From: Bigelowiella natans CCMP2755
Taxonomy: Eukaryota > Protista > Cercozoa
Assembly (NCBI GenBank): GCA_000320545.1
Contig: ADNK01001956.1
Location: 23,238 to 87,237 of the forward strand
Direction of reading: 5' to 3'
DNA: 64,000 nucleotides
In this document: in pieces, positions 22,040-34,600 of the stretch
How positions within the stretch are numbered: position 1 is the stretch's first letter
How the letters are laid out: each line of letters opens with the position of its first letter
Program-made: the position numbers and the translations under genes
The notes under the pieces: generated by a model
The model's input: only the letters and a program-made list of their open reading frames with translations
Told to the model about the DNA's origin: nothing
Database searches by the model: none

Positions 22040-23290
22040 TCATCTAGGCATTTTTAATCATATGCACGTGCATTATGCGCGGTAGTATATTGCACAAGCC
22101 AACGTCATTGTCTATCAAAAGGCGGCGTGAGCTAGCAGTGGCGTAGTACAGGAGTATGAGTAGACAATTATATTGTTCTTTTGCGACCATAATGTCTAGG
22201 TGTTTATTAGCTAGATGTATAGCAAATGCGCTGCAATCTGCAATCCATGCCAGTAGCTGCTGTGCTATTGCCATCTACCTTAGTCTGTAGCAGATATATA
22301 GATGTGGAGTATTAATTGTCACACACACGCATCTATAGCTAGCTAGCCATTAATGTATTAAATGTACCACATGTAGTTCTAGATAGATGTTTGTGTAGTC
22401 CATCCTAGCAGCATCGTCTAGATGGTGCTTGCTGCAGATGAGTGCTACGTACCAATGATGGCTAGATAGGCTATGCTCTATGCATGAATACTAAAATGGA
22501 ACATTGCATGCACAGTTACATGCGTTTCTCATAAACTACTACGCTACGACATGTGCATCGCATGAACGAACAATGAAGCTGCACGTTCTTATTTTGGTCG
22601 AGCATTAGACACCGTGCAACAACATTGCTGCGAAATCGAACATGCATGCTAGCATCATGGCAGATGTCTATGTACTATCTGTGAGCACTACAGCAGTCAG
22701 CAGTGCTAGCTAGCTAGAGTACCATGCTAGCATGTGCGCACATTTCTTAGGTGCATAGCAAAGTTTGGCCTCGTTGTGATTCACGCACTGTTCTAGTGTT
22801 GTCCCTCTTTGTTGTGAAATTGTCATGTCATCTCTCTACTCACATTGCGATCACTTGCTTTCTTGTGTAATGCTGGAAAATTAATGAAACACACAGGAAT
22901 CAGTCATCAGTCATCAGCATCACTGTCACTATTCATTTGCTCATGCGAACACTGAAAGTGCTAAGAAGAAAATAAGCCCTGGCAAACGCAATGAGCAGCA
23001 TGGTCGATGCATAGCGCAATGCTACAATGACAATCAAATCAAAAACGAATCTTTTCTGGACACACATGGCTTTCTGGCTCCTGCATTTGCATTCTCTAAC
23101 AAATGCAAGACGGCCATGCTGTGATGATCGTGTGTGCTTGTGCATGTGCTGGTGGTCCTGTGATCGCATCAATGGCTGAGTAGCGATTGTGCTACAAATT
23201 CTAGTGACTGACACAACACATGCTATGAACAATTTTCGATTGAATGGGAAAGCACATTTTCACTGCAGCCTTTGCCACCACAGTTGTGAC
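22040..23290. other. Intergenic zone with partial TpA loss and CTAG/CATG/TGCA enrichment
   Basis: Repeated gctagc, gcatgc and tgca words; TA is sparse in 22750-23290. Lies between two convergent 3' ends. Confidence 0.6.
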
Positions 23291-23363
23291 ACCACGTTAA
23301 TGTAGTTACGTTACTACCAGATCGTCGGCACCGTCGCCGAATTGATACACCACCTCCAACTGT

Positions 23364-24660
23364 TCAGAAAATTGTAGAGAGGAAAAGGGTGAATGCATGC
23401 CATGTCCTCAACCTTGTTGCCCGCCAATAGCCCTCGCCATATGACATCAGAATCTCCTCCCCAGCATCTATAGACCGTGTAGCTTTCACCAACACCTTAT
23501 AATTTACTTTTCTAAATGGAAGGGAAGCAGGAGTAGAGGTAGGATAAGCAAACAATAATTAACGACAACGTCGAGAATAGAGTTACTCCTTCTCATTCTC
23601 CTTCTTCTCATCAATATTATGTGTTGAATATAGGTCATATGGCGCATGCATTAATGTTACATCATCATCAATATCATCATCCTCATTACGCTGTGGTCGT
23701 TGCCGGCAAGTAGTTCGTCGTCGTCGTCGTATTTCCCTCATCCCCCCTCTCAGGGCCACCATTCAAATGTCCTCCTACTCGACGTTGCTGCATTTCTTCT
23801 TCTTCGTTTCCATGATCCCCAAAAATATCATTGGTAATTTGTTTTGAGCGATAAGAGTTGGATTTATGCCAAACTCCCATTGTGTGATCATAATATTCAT
23901 CATCAATTTCAGGGATGTTATCTTCCGAAGTAGTCATCACCATCTCCGCATTGTTGCCTTTAGTCATTATCCAACCTACCACATCATGCACACCCAATCA
24001 GTACTAGAGTATTATATCATCTTCTCAACATCATACAGCTGTTACACCCGCCGCGAACAAGAAGCATGCATGTGATTGAGATTTACACTAATGATCAGAT
24101 TGCGAGAATGAAGAAAGATGTGTACGATGATGATATTTTGGGTCATCATACGGCTACTATGCTAGGCCAAGAATGATATATTATCATCGTGCAATTATTG
24201 TTGTGGCGACTAAACCTATTGATTGTCTGTAATAGATGGGGCCTTGCTGAGAATGTGATGGTGATGATGGTAATGGTGATGACGATGATGATGATGATAA
24301 ACCTATTCCAGCGGCTGCATCGTTGATATACCGACCGTGTGATAATACGTGGTGCTCAGCATCAAGAACCCTTAAGAAGAAGATCACATCACATCACATC
24401 ACATCATCATTATTATTATTACTATTATTATTATTATTCTCAACACCCTAGAACATGGTAGGCGTTCGGAGACGCTAACTAATTAATAAGACGATTATTT
24501 GTTTCTCTTGTTTCTTACCTGCCATTGCCAATTGAAACTCCATAATTCCCTGTAATGTTTTCGTTCTGAGTCCTATCGATGTACCTAGTTTGTTTAGGAT
24601 AGACGATTAAGGTTATTGTAGTAGTGGTGATATACGTGCGACGAAGTATATATAGCTTGT

Positions 24661-24694
<34 letters not shown>

Positions 24695-24955
24695 GAGTAC
24701 GACAACAACAACAATAACAAATGGAAGAAGACCACACTAGGCACAATGTCAATGATGATAACCATGGTTTAGATATTCACCAATGATTCATATCCTCCCC
24801 CTCTCCCCCTCTTCTCTCTCTCTCTCTCTCACACTCTCCCCCACTTTCTCTAAGATAATGTTTCTCCTCTCCTCCTCCTCCTCCTCCTCCTCTTCTTTTT
24901 CTCATGAGCTGCTAGTGTGGTAGAATTACTCGCTCAGAGTGAAGATATCCCCCTT

Positions 24956-24999
<44 letters not shown>

Positions 25000-25600
25000 C
25001 ATTATCGATCGATACGTAGATGTGAGAAGGAAGAAGAGAAACATATGGCGGGGTGATATTGATGGTGATGATTTCGTGGTTATTGATAACAAAAGGAAAA
25101 TATAAAATATACCACGAAGAAGGTCACTCACAAAATAGACAGCAGCAGACCTCATATTCGCAAATTACTTCCCCCTTAAATATCCAACATTCCACAAAAA
25201 AAACAGTAGAAAACAGTTAGAATTGTTGTTCATCAAGTTGTTCCTAAGTGTTATATGTGTTTAGCACTACCTTCTCATGTCCTTGCACAGAATACAATCC
25301 TAGACCTGCTCCCTGGATAATTGTGGTTGTAGTAAATAAGTAGTCGTTGTTGTAGGTAGGTCATCGAAATACAGTAAAGGAGGCCTATAAAGCAGCAGTC
25401 GACAACTTGAAGAGGTAAACAAATGTACTTTCTTTAGTTCCCAGAATTACCAATAATTTGACTGTTGTGTTGTTTTTGTTATCAGTTACCGGTATGCGCG
25501 AAGACTTGACCTCCAATCGTTCGCTATTGTTGTAACTATTTTTTTTTGGGAATTCTACGTGACGATGGTTGGGAGGAAAAGAGTAGGCTTTTTGATATGC

Positions 25601-25636
<36 letters not shown>

Positions 25637-26010
25637 CCATGGTGATGATCGCGATAGAGATGCTTTATTTTGTAGAAGATTAAGTGATGACGAAACTTGT
25701 ATCAACGGTGGGGACGTTGGTCGCGCTGCTGCTGCCTTGTTATACAAAGTTGTAGGCTTCTTTGTTGCGATTGTAACAGTATCTTCGGTGTAGCAGAAGC
25801 AGAAGAACTACCAGCAGAACAATATTTATTTCTCTTTCTCCTCATCCTTGCCCTAAACTTAATACGCCGCCCCATGAAATTTAGTGAGTAGCTCTTTTGA
25901 TGGATGCATTGTTTGTTGGAATCGGAATGGTATGCAGCCCTAATAGTAGTACTAGTGGTAGAAGTAGCTTTAAGGATTAGCATGATGACTGCAACTGCCC
26001 GGCAAAACAT
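23364..26010 (-). CDS. SET-domain protein lysine methyltransferase (multi-exon); N-terminus uncertain
   Basis: Exons encode GAGLGLYSVQGHEK, GEVICEYE, VLDAEHHVLSHGRYINDA and VKATRSIDAGEEILMSYGEGYW, which are SET motifs in the expected order. Confidence 0.8.
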
Positions 26011-26324
26011 GTGGCTGCTGGTGCTGGTGCAATGTTCTCAATGCAAGCTCAGGACCACAAATCGGAAACAGTTTTGAGTTGACATGTGTGTTCTGAGTGG
26101 ATCTAGTGCCATGTGGTGCTCCATTTGAGTATCACTAACAACATTGTTGTTACTGTTGTTAAATTATAAATTAATAGCACATATAATTTTAGAAGTATGA
26201 CCATACATGAGTAAGTATCACTAATGATGTTGTTATTAGTCCACTATGAAAATCACTTCGGTGTAACAACATAGCTGGGAAGTCAAGGGCGCGAAAAGAT
26301 TAACTAACTAACTAACTAACTAGT

Positions 26325-26940
26325 TGTTGTCAAGTTGTTGCAAATCAACATCATTGTTGATGTGCCTTTGCATGCGCCGCCGTCACATTGCCGCTGATTG
26401 CGCTGCCCCACGCTGGCACGTAGCTAGCTAGACAGAGTGCTAGAGTGCCAAGTTTTCAAGTCCAATCAGTCCTCGCTGAAGCCAGCTAGCCAATTCGAGG
26501 CACTGCACGCGTTTCGTGCTTTGCAATGACAGAGTGGTTCATGCAACACTTTGGAAATGCAGTTCTTGTTCACGTTTGCTTGTTTGTTTGTGTTTTTGGA
26601 AGCATGAATGTGCATCTGTGGATTTGACTAGTTGAGCTCGCGTGCATGGATGGTGCAAGAACAACCAACTGACTGACCAACCGAGCTAGCGAGGATGCTG
26701 GAATGACCAACCTGGCAACTGACCGCTAACTGACCAATTTGACCGACTGAAACCCATGCCAGCATGCCACACAAACACAATCCGACCAACTGACAACTTC
26801 CTTTCCTGTTTCTGCTCGTGCCCTTGCACGGCCTGCGAGCCAAAGTCCTGCTGTTCTTCTAGCTGCTGTGACATTGTTAGTCAAATCGTTTCCCGTGTGT
26901 GGAAGCCAAAGGTTGTTGCGCGTAAGGTGTTCACAGGCCG
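26325..26940. other. TpA-depleted island 2, with a repeat-family copy and fossil microsatellites
   Basis: Residual TAs are mostly in CTAG; ccaa/ctga/ccga 4-mer arrays are present. Confidence 0.85.
26470..26600 (+). repeat. Dispersed repeat family copy A (retroelement 3'-end-like)
   Basis: ttcgaggcactgca ... aacactttggaaatgcagttc is shared with the copies near 36375-36500, 52005-52062 and 60700-60835. Confidence 0.8.
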
Positions 26941-27849
26941 AGGCGCTACGTGCACAAGTAGGCAGGGGGGGGGAAAGGCACGTTTGCTTCCTTTTGAAGA
27001 GTTGTGTTTATTTTTATTAAAGATTATATTTTTATTAAATCGTGCACTGCGTAATCATTCGCGAAGCTTTCGCGAATGCCGCCGCACGTGGGGCAGCACA
27101 CTTCCGGTGTGCTGCCATGAGTCCCGCCGGAACCCACGTGCCTATGCTGTATTAATATCTACGTTATCTATATTCTATATCCGCGACAACCCCTTTGTTG
27201 TCGCACGTGACTTGTGCCCGCGTAGTGGTACGCGCTACAGCTAGCATGGGGCTAGTCATGCTAGCCATGTAGCTAGCTAGCGCGACTGACAACACTGGAA
27301 CAGTCGCTAGAGGTGCACTAGCTACGTACATGTACGCACGACGACTAGACGACACTACTTCGTGCACAGCACTGCGCAAAAAGAGCCTCTAATTAATGGG
27401 CTATTTGTACGAAGCACAGATGTGGTTGGAGAAGGGCACACAAAAAGCCTCTAATGGGCTATTTGCGCACGTACATGCGCAAGTTTGCATCTCTACATCT
27501 GCTCTGCTAAGGCATAGCACATGTCATGTTGTGTAGTATCATACTGAGTTGCATGATGATTTAGGAATGAGATCGGTACACAAAACAAAGATGTACCTGC
27601 ATGTTTCTATACACATGCTCTGACAATCTCTAACAATGAACCAAATGAACATTTGAGTTCGAATAAATTTAAATACTATTCATAATAATTTTTTTCTGTC
27701 TTGGATGAGTCGTCTATGTCTGAGAGTGCTGCTACAAATTCAACTTGAAGCTTCCCACCAAGATCCAGCATACATATAACTAATTATAAAGCTTCTATGA
27801 TTTGTTCTCTACACAGAAATCACAGTGAGCTTATGTTCTAACGAGATTT

Positions 27850-30411
27850 TTATTTTGACGAAGACGATGAGAAAACATCCTCCGCAGTCTGCGTATCATC
27901 AAGAGGTCTTGTTGCAATCCAATATAGAGCGGCAGTGAGGGAGTTTCCATCATCAAACTCGCTCCCATTGAGTGTTTTGATTCCCATCCAAGCTCCTTTC
28001 GGGTCGATGATACTTTCGGCCATTCGTATGTATCCTGCCCAGGTGGGCTTCAAAACAGGCTTTTTCCTTCCTAATGCCATTCCCATTTGTCCATATTCAT
28101 GTGTGACAAAATCTTTAGGAAGTAAGTACTCGGAAGCAGGTGTAAAAGGAAGCATCTGTATGCCGTGTACATATTCAACGTTAGTTCCAAACCACGTCGT
28201 ATGGCTTGCCATGTCTCCCCCAACGACTCCAACGATTGCATTCTTTGTGAAAAGTGGAGGATATAGTCCCGTTGAGAATAGAGGGAAATACGTTTCTAGG
28301 ACAACACCAGGTATGTGCCAGTAGCTTCGACTGGCCAATGTTTCAAGTGCACACAGCATGCGACCGTAGTCCCTCATCTGAGTGTCACCAAGGACAGATC
28401 CTAGTAAAGAAACTGCATAATAAGCATTGACAGCTTCTGAAGAACTTTCCTGCTCCCTTCCATCCGGCATCTTAAACAAACCACTAGCCCAGCTGTGACA
28501 CTCATAGAAATCAAAATGCCTTGCAACAGGGAACTCGATTACGCCTTTCTCAGAATTGGCAATGTCCTTGACCAGAGCGATGGCATAAGTTGCAAGATGT
28601 CCATCAAGAGCCTCCTTTGCAGATTCAGGTCTTAAGTACATCCAAACAGCCAGGCTGTAAATCATGTAACCATAGTGAAAGTGATGATCATTGTAGTATC
28701 CATTCCCGAAGTCGTATATTGGAAACTTAAGCCCTCTTTCAACAATCAATCCCCCCCATGTCTGATCATAAACTAGTCTATTTGCTGAATCAGTTCCATT
28801 TAGCCAACTAATCATCAATTTCTCAACTTTATCAACAGCAATGTTCATCTCTTTCGTTTGGTGAAGTTGTTTTGCAATAAGTGCAAGTTTAGAGAGCATT
28901 GCTAATTTTTTCCCAAGATGATAGGTATCGTTAATGGAACCAAGAGGTTTCTGTACGTCAGACTTCAACGCTGAAGTTATGACATCTTGTGTTATCTGAG
29001 GCGGCGAATTAACCTGTCCGTAAAAGCCAAGGGCAGGTAGATCGATACTTAATGTCCATGTTTCATTGAGATTCTCGAGGGTCGAAACGACAGGGGTCAT
29101 AGGCCCCCTAGACGACCAGTGATGCATCATGCTTTGCCAGGTATTGATGGTAGTTGGTGGTTTCCGGAGAGATGTGACTTTATTTGAGTCCATCATCATC
29201 ATATGATGAGGAAGATAGGACATTAGAAAACCATAGTCCTTCACTCCTCTTGTTTTCCATTGATACATAAGCTCAGCCTTATCTGTTGCATCACCAGGAC
29301 CCGGAATAATACGATAATCTACTGAACCGCTCACAGGATATCTATGAAGAAAGGGAAGAATTGTTTGAAATGCGCTCTCTTGGCATGGCATGAAATTCTT
29401 CTGCCAGGAGACGGAAGGGAACCCGCACGTAAGCATTCCTACTCGAATAGTCCCTGTATATCGATCCTTCGAAGCAGGGTTCATTCTCATAAATGTTGTG
29501 TTGGTCCATTCAAATTGTAGAGCAGGCCGTGAGTAAACTAACCAATTTTGGCCGTTTGAAAGTTGTACCTGATAAGTTACGGATCCTTCTGAATTTGAAG
29601 GTCCTTCCGGAATTTCTAACGCCTTTATTGGAACCGTCCATTTAAGAATGGGTTTTGCTGATTTTAACTCCATGGTAATTAGTGGGCTTCCTCTTACAAG
29701 AGGTACCACCATTTGCGCCTTAGAATCATCATCTGCTGGCCCGTATGTCACTTCTACTGAAAGGTCATCAAAATCGCTCACTTGTGGGCTTTCAGAATAA
29801 CCATCTTCCAGTGAGATAGCAACATCTGCGGTAAAACCTCCAGTGACTGAGAAGTCTGTCACCTAAGATATAGAATAGATTAGACTTTACTGTTGAGCCG
29901 CAGTTCTAAAATTGTTCATGTCATTTGTTATGAGGTAGCTCTGGCATTGACTTACGTAGGCAGTGCGCATTGGATAGCAGATTTGGAGTCCATCAGGTAA
30001 GCTCTTAATTGCGTATGGAGAGGTAATAACGGGACTGTCGAGATCTAAGAGGAGATTTTCCCACCATGCATTTGTGGGGAGTGCAGCCTTAGATTTTTTG
30101 CCCTTCAAGGCCAACCGTTTGGGTTGCACAGGGTGCACAGCAGAGTGAAAAGGAATCGTGATTGAATCTGCAGGTAATTGCTCTGTACTGGCGCCACCAG
30201 ATGGAGATGGTTGAATCTTCCGTGGTAATGACGTCAATGCAGGAGTCATTGAGGGAGTCAAAACAGACAAAATTGCCAGCACACTTATAAGAGCCACAGC
30301 AACCCCAGATCCAACTTGGGAGGCGCGGCAGCTGAAGATGCGTTGTAGCCATGATCTATTGTCATTGCAACTAGGAGGGGGCGACAGCAAGTGTGTACTT
30401 TCCGTTGGCAT
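27850..30411 (-). CDS. Glycoside hydrolase family 81 endo-1,3-beta-glucanase with N-terminal TM anchor; true start may lie in an upstream exon
   Basis: LPTNAWW, PLVRGSPLIT, DTYHLGK, YDQTWGG, DFGNGYYNDHHFHYGY, HSWASGL, QESSSEAVNAYY and HGIQMLP. An intron joins MRTAY to VTDFS. Confidence 0.95.
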
Positions 30412-31531
30412 TTCTCCGTCGCTGACGTAGCACAGAAGAAATCATTTACATTAAACCCGCAGACAACAGATCACACTACTTCCACTAAGCACCACCATTT
30501 CCCTGTATGTACTTCATAATCATACCTACTGGAGATCCGAAAGGTGACGGGCCACTGCTGCTCTTCGTGCTGTCTCCTTGCAGAGATAGTTCTAGAAAAT
30601 GGGATCCGTGGGGGGAGAGCGTGTAACTTTGAGTTGATGTAAGTACCACACCACGCACCTTCAGCTACAACGTCTGCTAAATGTTCTTAATTAGGTAACA
30701 TGATGAATGGGATTAATAATCTGCGACATTTAGAATGAGCTTGTAGTCATAAAATAGAAGGTGCATGAAAGACTGTATAAGTACACAAGAATCTGAAATG
30801 TTTTTCAAACCTATCTTCGCTAAGCTGGGGAATGTTTTTTTTAAAACCATATCCATTTACAATCTTTTCGTACATATTACGATGTCGCACACATATTATA
30901 TGTTATTTGCCAACGCAAACATGTGTTTGCATTTGTTGAAATATTGATTGAAGATCAAGCAAGAGAAAGAGAGTAGCAGAAGGCTGTCTTAATTGAGAGA
31001 AACAGTATCCAAACATCGGTGCGACTTCGTCCAACGTACCGATTTCGCTTCAAACAATTGAAAATTCTCGTCTTCACTGGGAATTTTGGCCAAAAAAGTG
31101 CACAATATGAAACAAAATACATGTAAGAGTTTATATTTTTCTTTAAAACTTCCATGCGTAGTTTCTCGGGGTACCGCTACGTGTGTGCTGTGGATAAGGC
31201 CCGATTTGTAAGGAGAAGCAGTTTATCTGGGTCTTTTTAGATGTTTTCACTGGAAATTAGGAAATGCTCGACACTTGAGATTCTCCATCGGTAATTTATT
31301 ATACATGTTGTACAGCTGCAGGAATGTGTAATTTTGAAATTCATATTTCGTAAAACTGTGAAGTCGCAAGATCGAAGTGCAGCAGTTCGGTGCTCATTTG
31401 ATTTTGCTGGAATTTACCAGTTGCGACATATCATAGGCCCCCAATTATCCAGTGAGACACAGGCGTTTCTTGCCTCCGAAAGTTCACGGTTTCTGTCATC
31501 TCTATCCTCATCCCTCAGGAAGGTGATGACT

Positions 31532-31580
<49 letters not shown>

Positions 31581-31629
31581 ATTTACTCTAAGCAAATAAT
31601 GATATTTAGGAAAGAACACATAGCAAAAT

Positions 31630-34600
31630 ATGAGTGGAGTTGGAGATTTCAGCGTGCAAGCTTTGGTGTCAAAAAGCAGTTCAGAGGCAGAGATGAAACA
31701 GAAAATTTCCCGAGAAAAGCTTTCTGAGCTTCTTCAGCTCTGTGGGATGACTGATCCTCCACGCAAAAAACATGTTCATGACTTTTTTAGGGTGTCCAAA
31801 AATCAAACTCTAGATGAGTTCGTCAATGAATACCTGAGGTCCTGCGTTAACTTACTCGAAAGGCTTTAATTCTAATAATGTTTCATATATTTCCTGTACA
31901 ACAGAATGATTAGTCTCAAATCAATACTGGCAATGCATCATGATATAAGTTCAAAGCAGAAAGTAGATCAGAAAACTGTACTTTCATACTTCACCTCAAA
32001 TAGCTGCAATATCGACGCGAAATACCTCATCGACAAGCTTTATAGTTATTTGAAGAAGGTGTAAAGTAATTACTATAAAATTTCAATCTGACAAACTGGA
32101 AAACCTCCTTCTCAGATTAGTTGTTAATGTAATTCAGAAAGACACTGCCACAATAACTCTCAGCGAAACTCTCAAATGGTTGTGTGGGTTTTGACATAAA
32201 AAAATCTTTTTCGTGCAGGATTTTTTAACACCGAATTTTCGTAGGTATCAAAACCAGTTTCATATGATTGGAGAAAATCGAGAATCTAAGCGAGGGTCTC
32301 AAGCTGCTTCCGAAACCAAGGAGAAGAAGATCGATGAAGTTTACAATGAGAAGAAAGATGAACTCCCGTCTATCATACGTCGAAATTCGAAGGTCCTACA
32401 CATCTATATTTTATACCCCCGCCGCTATTAAGCAGAGTCCTTCTCAGATCGTGGCCACCTTGGGACCAGCCTCGAGTAGCCTAGATATGTTGCGAAAATT
32501 AGTTCGGTATGATCTTTACAGTTTGTGCGAACGTACAGAGAGTCTCATGATGATAGTTGTCTCTTAAATTAGAGTGGGAGTCAATATTTTCCGCCTGAAT
32601 TTCTCGCATGCGAAACCGGATTATAGTAATATGGTACCATTGATTGAAGCACTCCAACAAATTAAGGTAGTACTCAAACAGCCAACTTTACTTCAACATT
32701 ATATTTAGAGTTGAAAACTCTTCATCAGATGAGTACTAATAATCTCTTTCCTTTTAAATAATGATGAAGCGTGAGAACGCAGGAACTCCATATGTGCCGG
32801 CTGTATTGGCAGATCTACAGGTACTTCGCAAAATCAAAAGTTTATATTTTTACAACTCTGATGGTTCCGGATCTTAGGGTCCAAAATTTCGCACTGGGGA
32901 ACTAAAGGATCATAAAGAGGTCACCTTGGTTAAGGTATAATATTTCATTTTACCAAAATTAAAAATTAAGATATGATTACCCAAGTTTGAATATTCTGTA
33001 TCATTATAAATTATAGGGTTCAACAATAAATCTTGTTACATCGAAAATCCAGACTGTGGGGGATGGAAAGACAATCACAACAGGTCATATCCTAACTATT
33101 TTAGAGACCTCATATTAATAAGTACACTGTATATTTAGGAACCGCTGATGCAGATCTATGTGTACGAAACTTGGAAGTTGGACAGAGAGTCATGATCAAT
33201 GATGGGTAATTTTTAAGTGGTGTTGCCAGATTCAATGATCACAGACATGGGGCTAGATTTATGACATTTTCACAATATAAATAGTGCCATTGTTCTCCGC
33301 GTGAAAGAACGTAAATCAAAGGAGGTAATAATTACGCAGAAAATCTAGTCGTTTTCGTGATATGATTTCTTGTTACATATTTTTCTTGAAGGAATTGAAG
33401 TGTGAAGTGCTGATTGGAGGTGTTTTAAGTGAAAGAAAGGGGATAAACACTCCCGAACTTACTGTAATAATTTTTTTAAAACGAAAGTGTTCTTCTGATG
33501 GAGGTAGTAATATCTCTCAGGTTCCACTTCCAGCTCTAACTGCTAAGGATAAAAAAGATTGCAAATTCGTATGCGAAGGCGGCTTTGCGGTAGATATCTC
33601 GTATGATGTATCAAGTTCCGCAGGCTAAGTGTTATGTTACACGTAGGATTTTATTGCACTTAGTTTTGTGCAGAGAAAGGAAGATGTGGAAGAACTTAAG
33701 CAGCTAATTTCTATAGTACGCAATCATTCAATATTAATGTGATATTGTTCTTAATTGTAAACCACTCAACGCCAACAGAGTCTTCCTGAGGATGCCGAAC
33801 AACCCAAAATTATTTGTAAGATAGAAAAGCCACAGGTATGCTTTCGTTAATTTCATTTCTGTGAAGATGTAAACTCAAACACAACCTAGGCAATTGAATG
33901 TATCGATTCAATATTGGAAGTCACAGACGGTATCATGGTCGCGCGAGGGGACCTAGGAGTTGAATGCAGCCTGCAAAAATTACCAGGGTTCCAACTAAAA
34001 TTATATTAATTATTTGTTGAATGCAATTTGGTAAATTGTTCGATATGGCAGATATCAGAAGCTTTTAATCCATAAAGCCAACCTATCCAAGAAAATCGTT
34101 ATAACTGCAACACAAGTATATCAACCATTCTGGATATTATTGTAGATAAATTACAGTTATACTTGTATTCTAGATGCTTGAATCAATGATTACCAATGCG
34201 GCTCCGACTCGAGCTGAGGTAAGTTATCGGGTCTCCTCACAGGAACCGCTAAGTTTCAATTTTCACTCAAGCTTTGAATTTAATTTGCAAATCATTTGCC
34301 ATTTTCAATATGATACAAGCGTCGTGAAATACTATCTCCATCTTAGGTGTCAGATGTTGCAAATGCGTGTTACGACGGTACGGACGCAGTAATGCTCAGG
34401 TATTCATGTATGTATGCAAAATTTGTGTGTATGTGTGTGTGTGTGCGTTGTGTTCAATGTATTCGTCGTTGCTTTGCCTTCTAATCTGATACATTTCATG
34501 CTTTAAAGTGGGGAGAGTGCGGTTGGAAATTTTCCGATTGAGGCAGTGACTATGATGAGTGAGATATGTCTAGAAGCAGAGGTATTGTCTTGATTTTTTC

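Noticed and set aside
26300-26322. Telomeric repeat
   Set aside because: Short internal (TAAC)n microsatellite, not a TTAGGG-type array.
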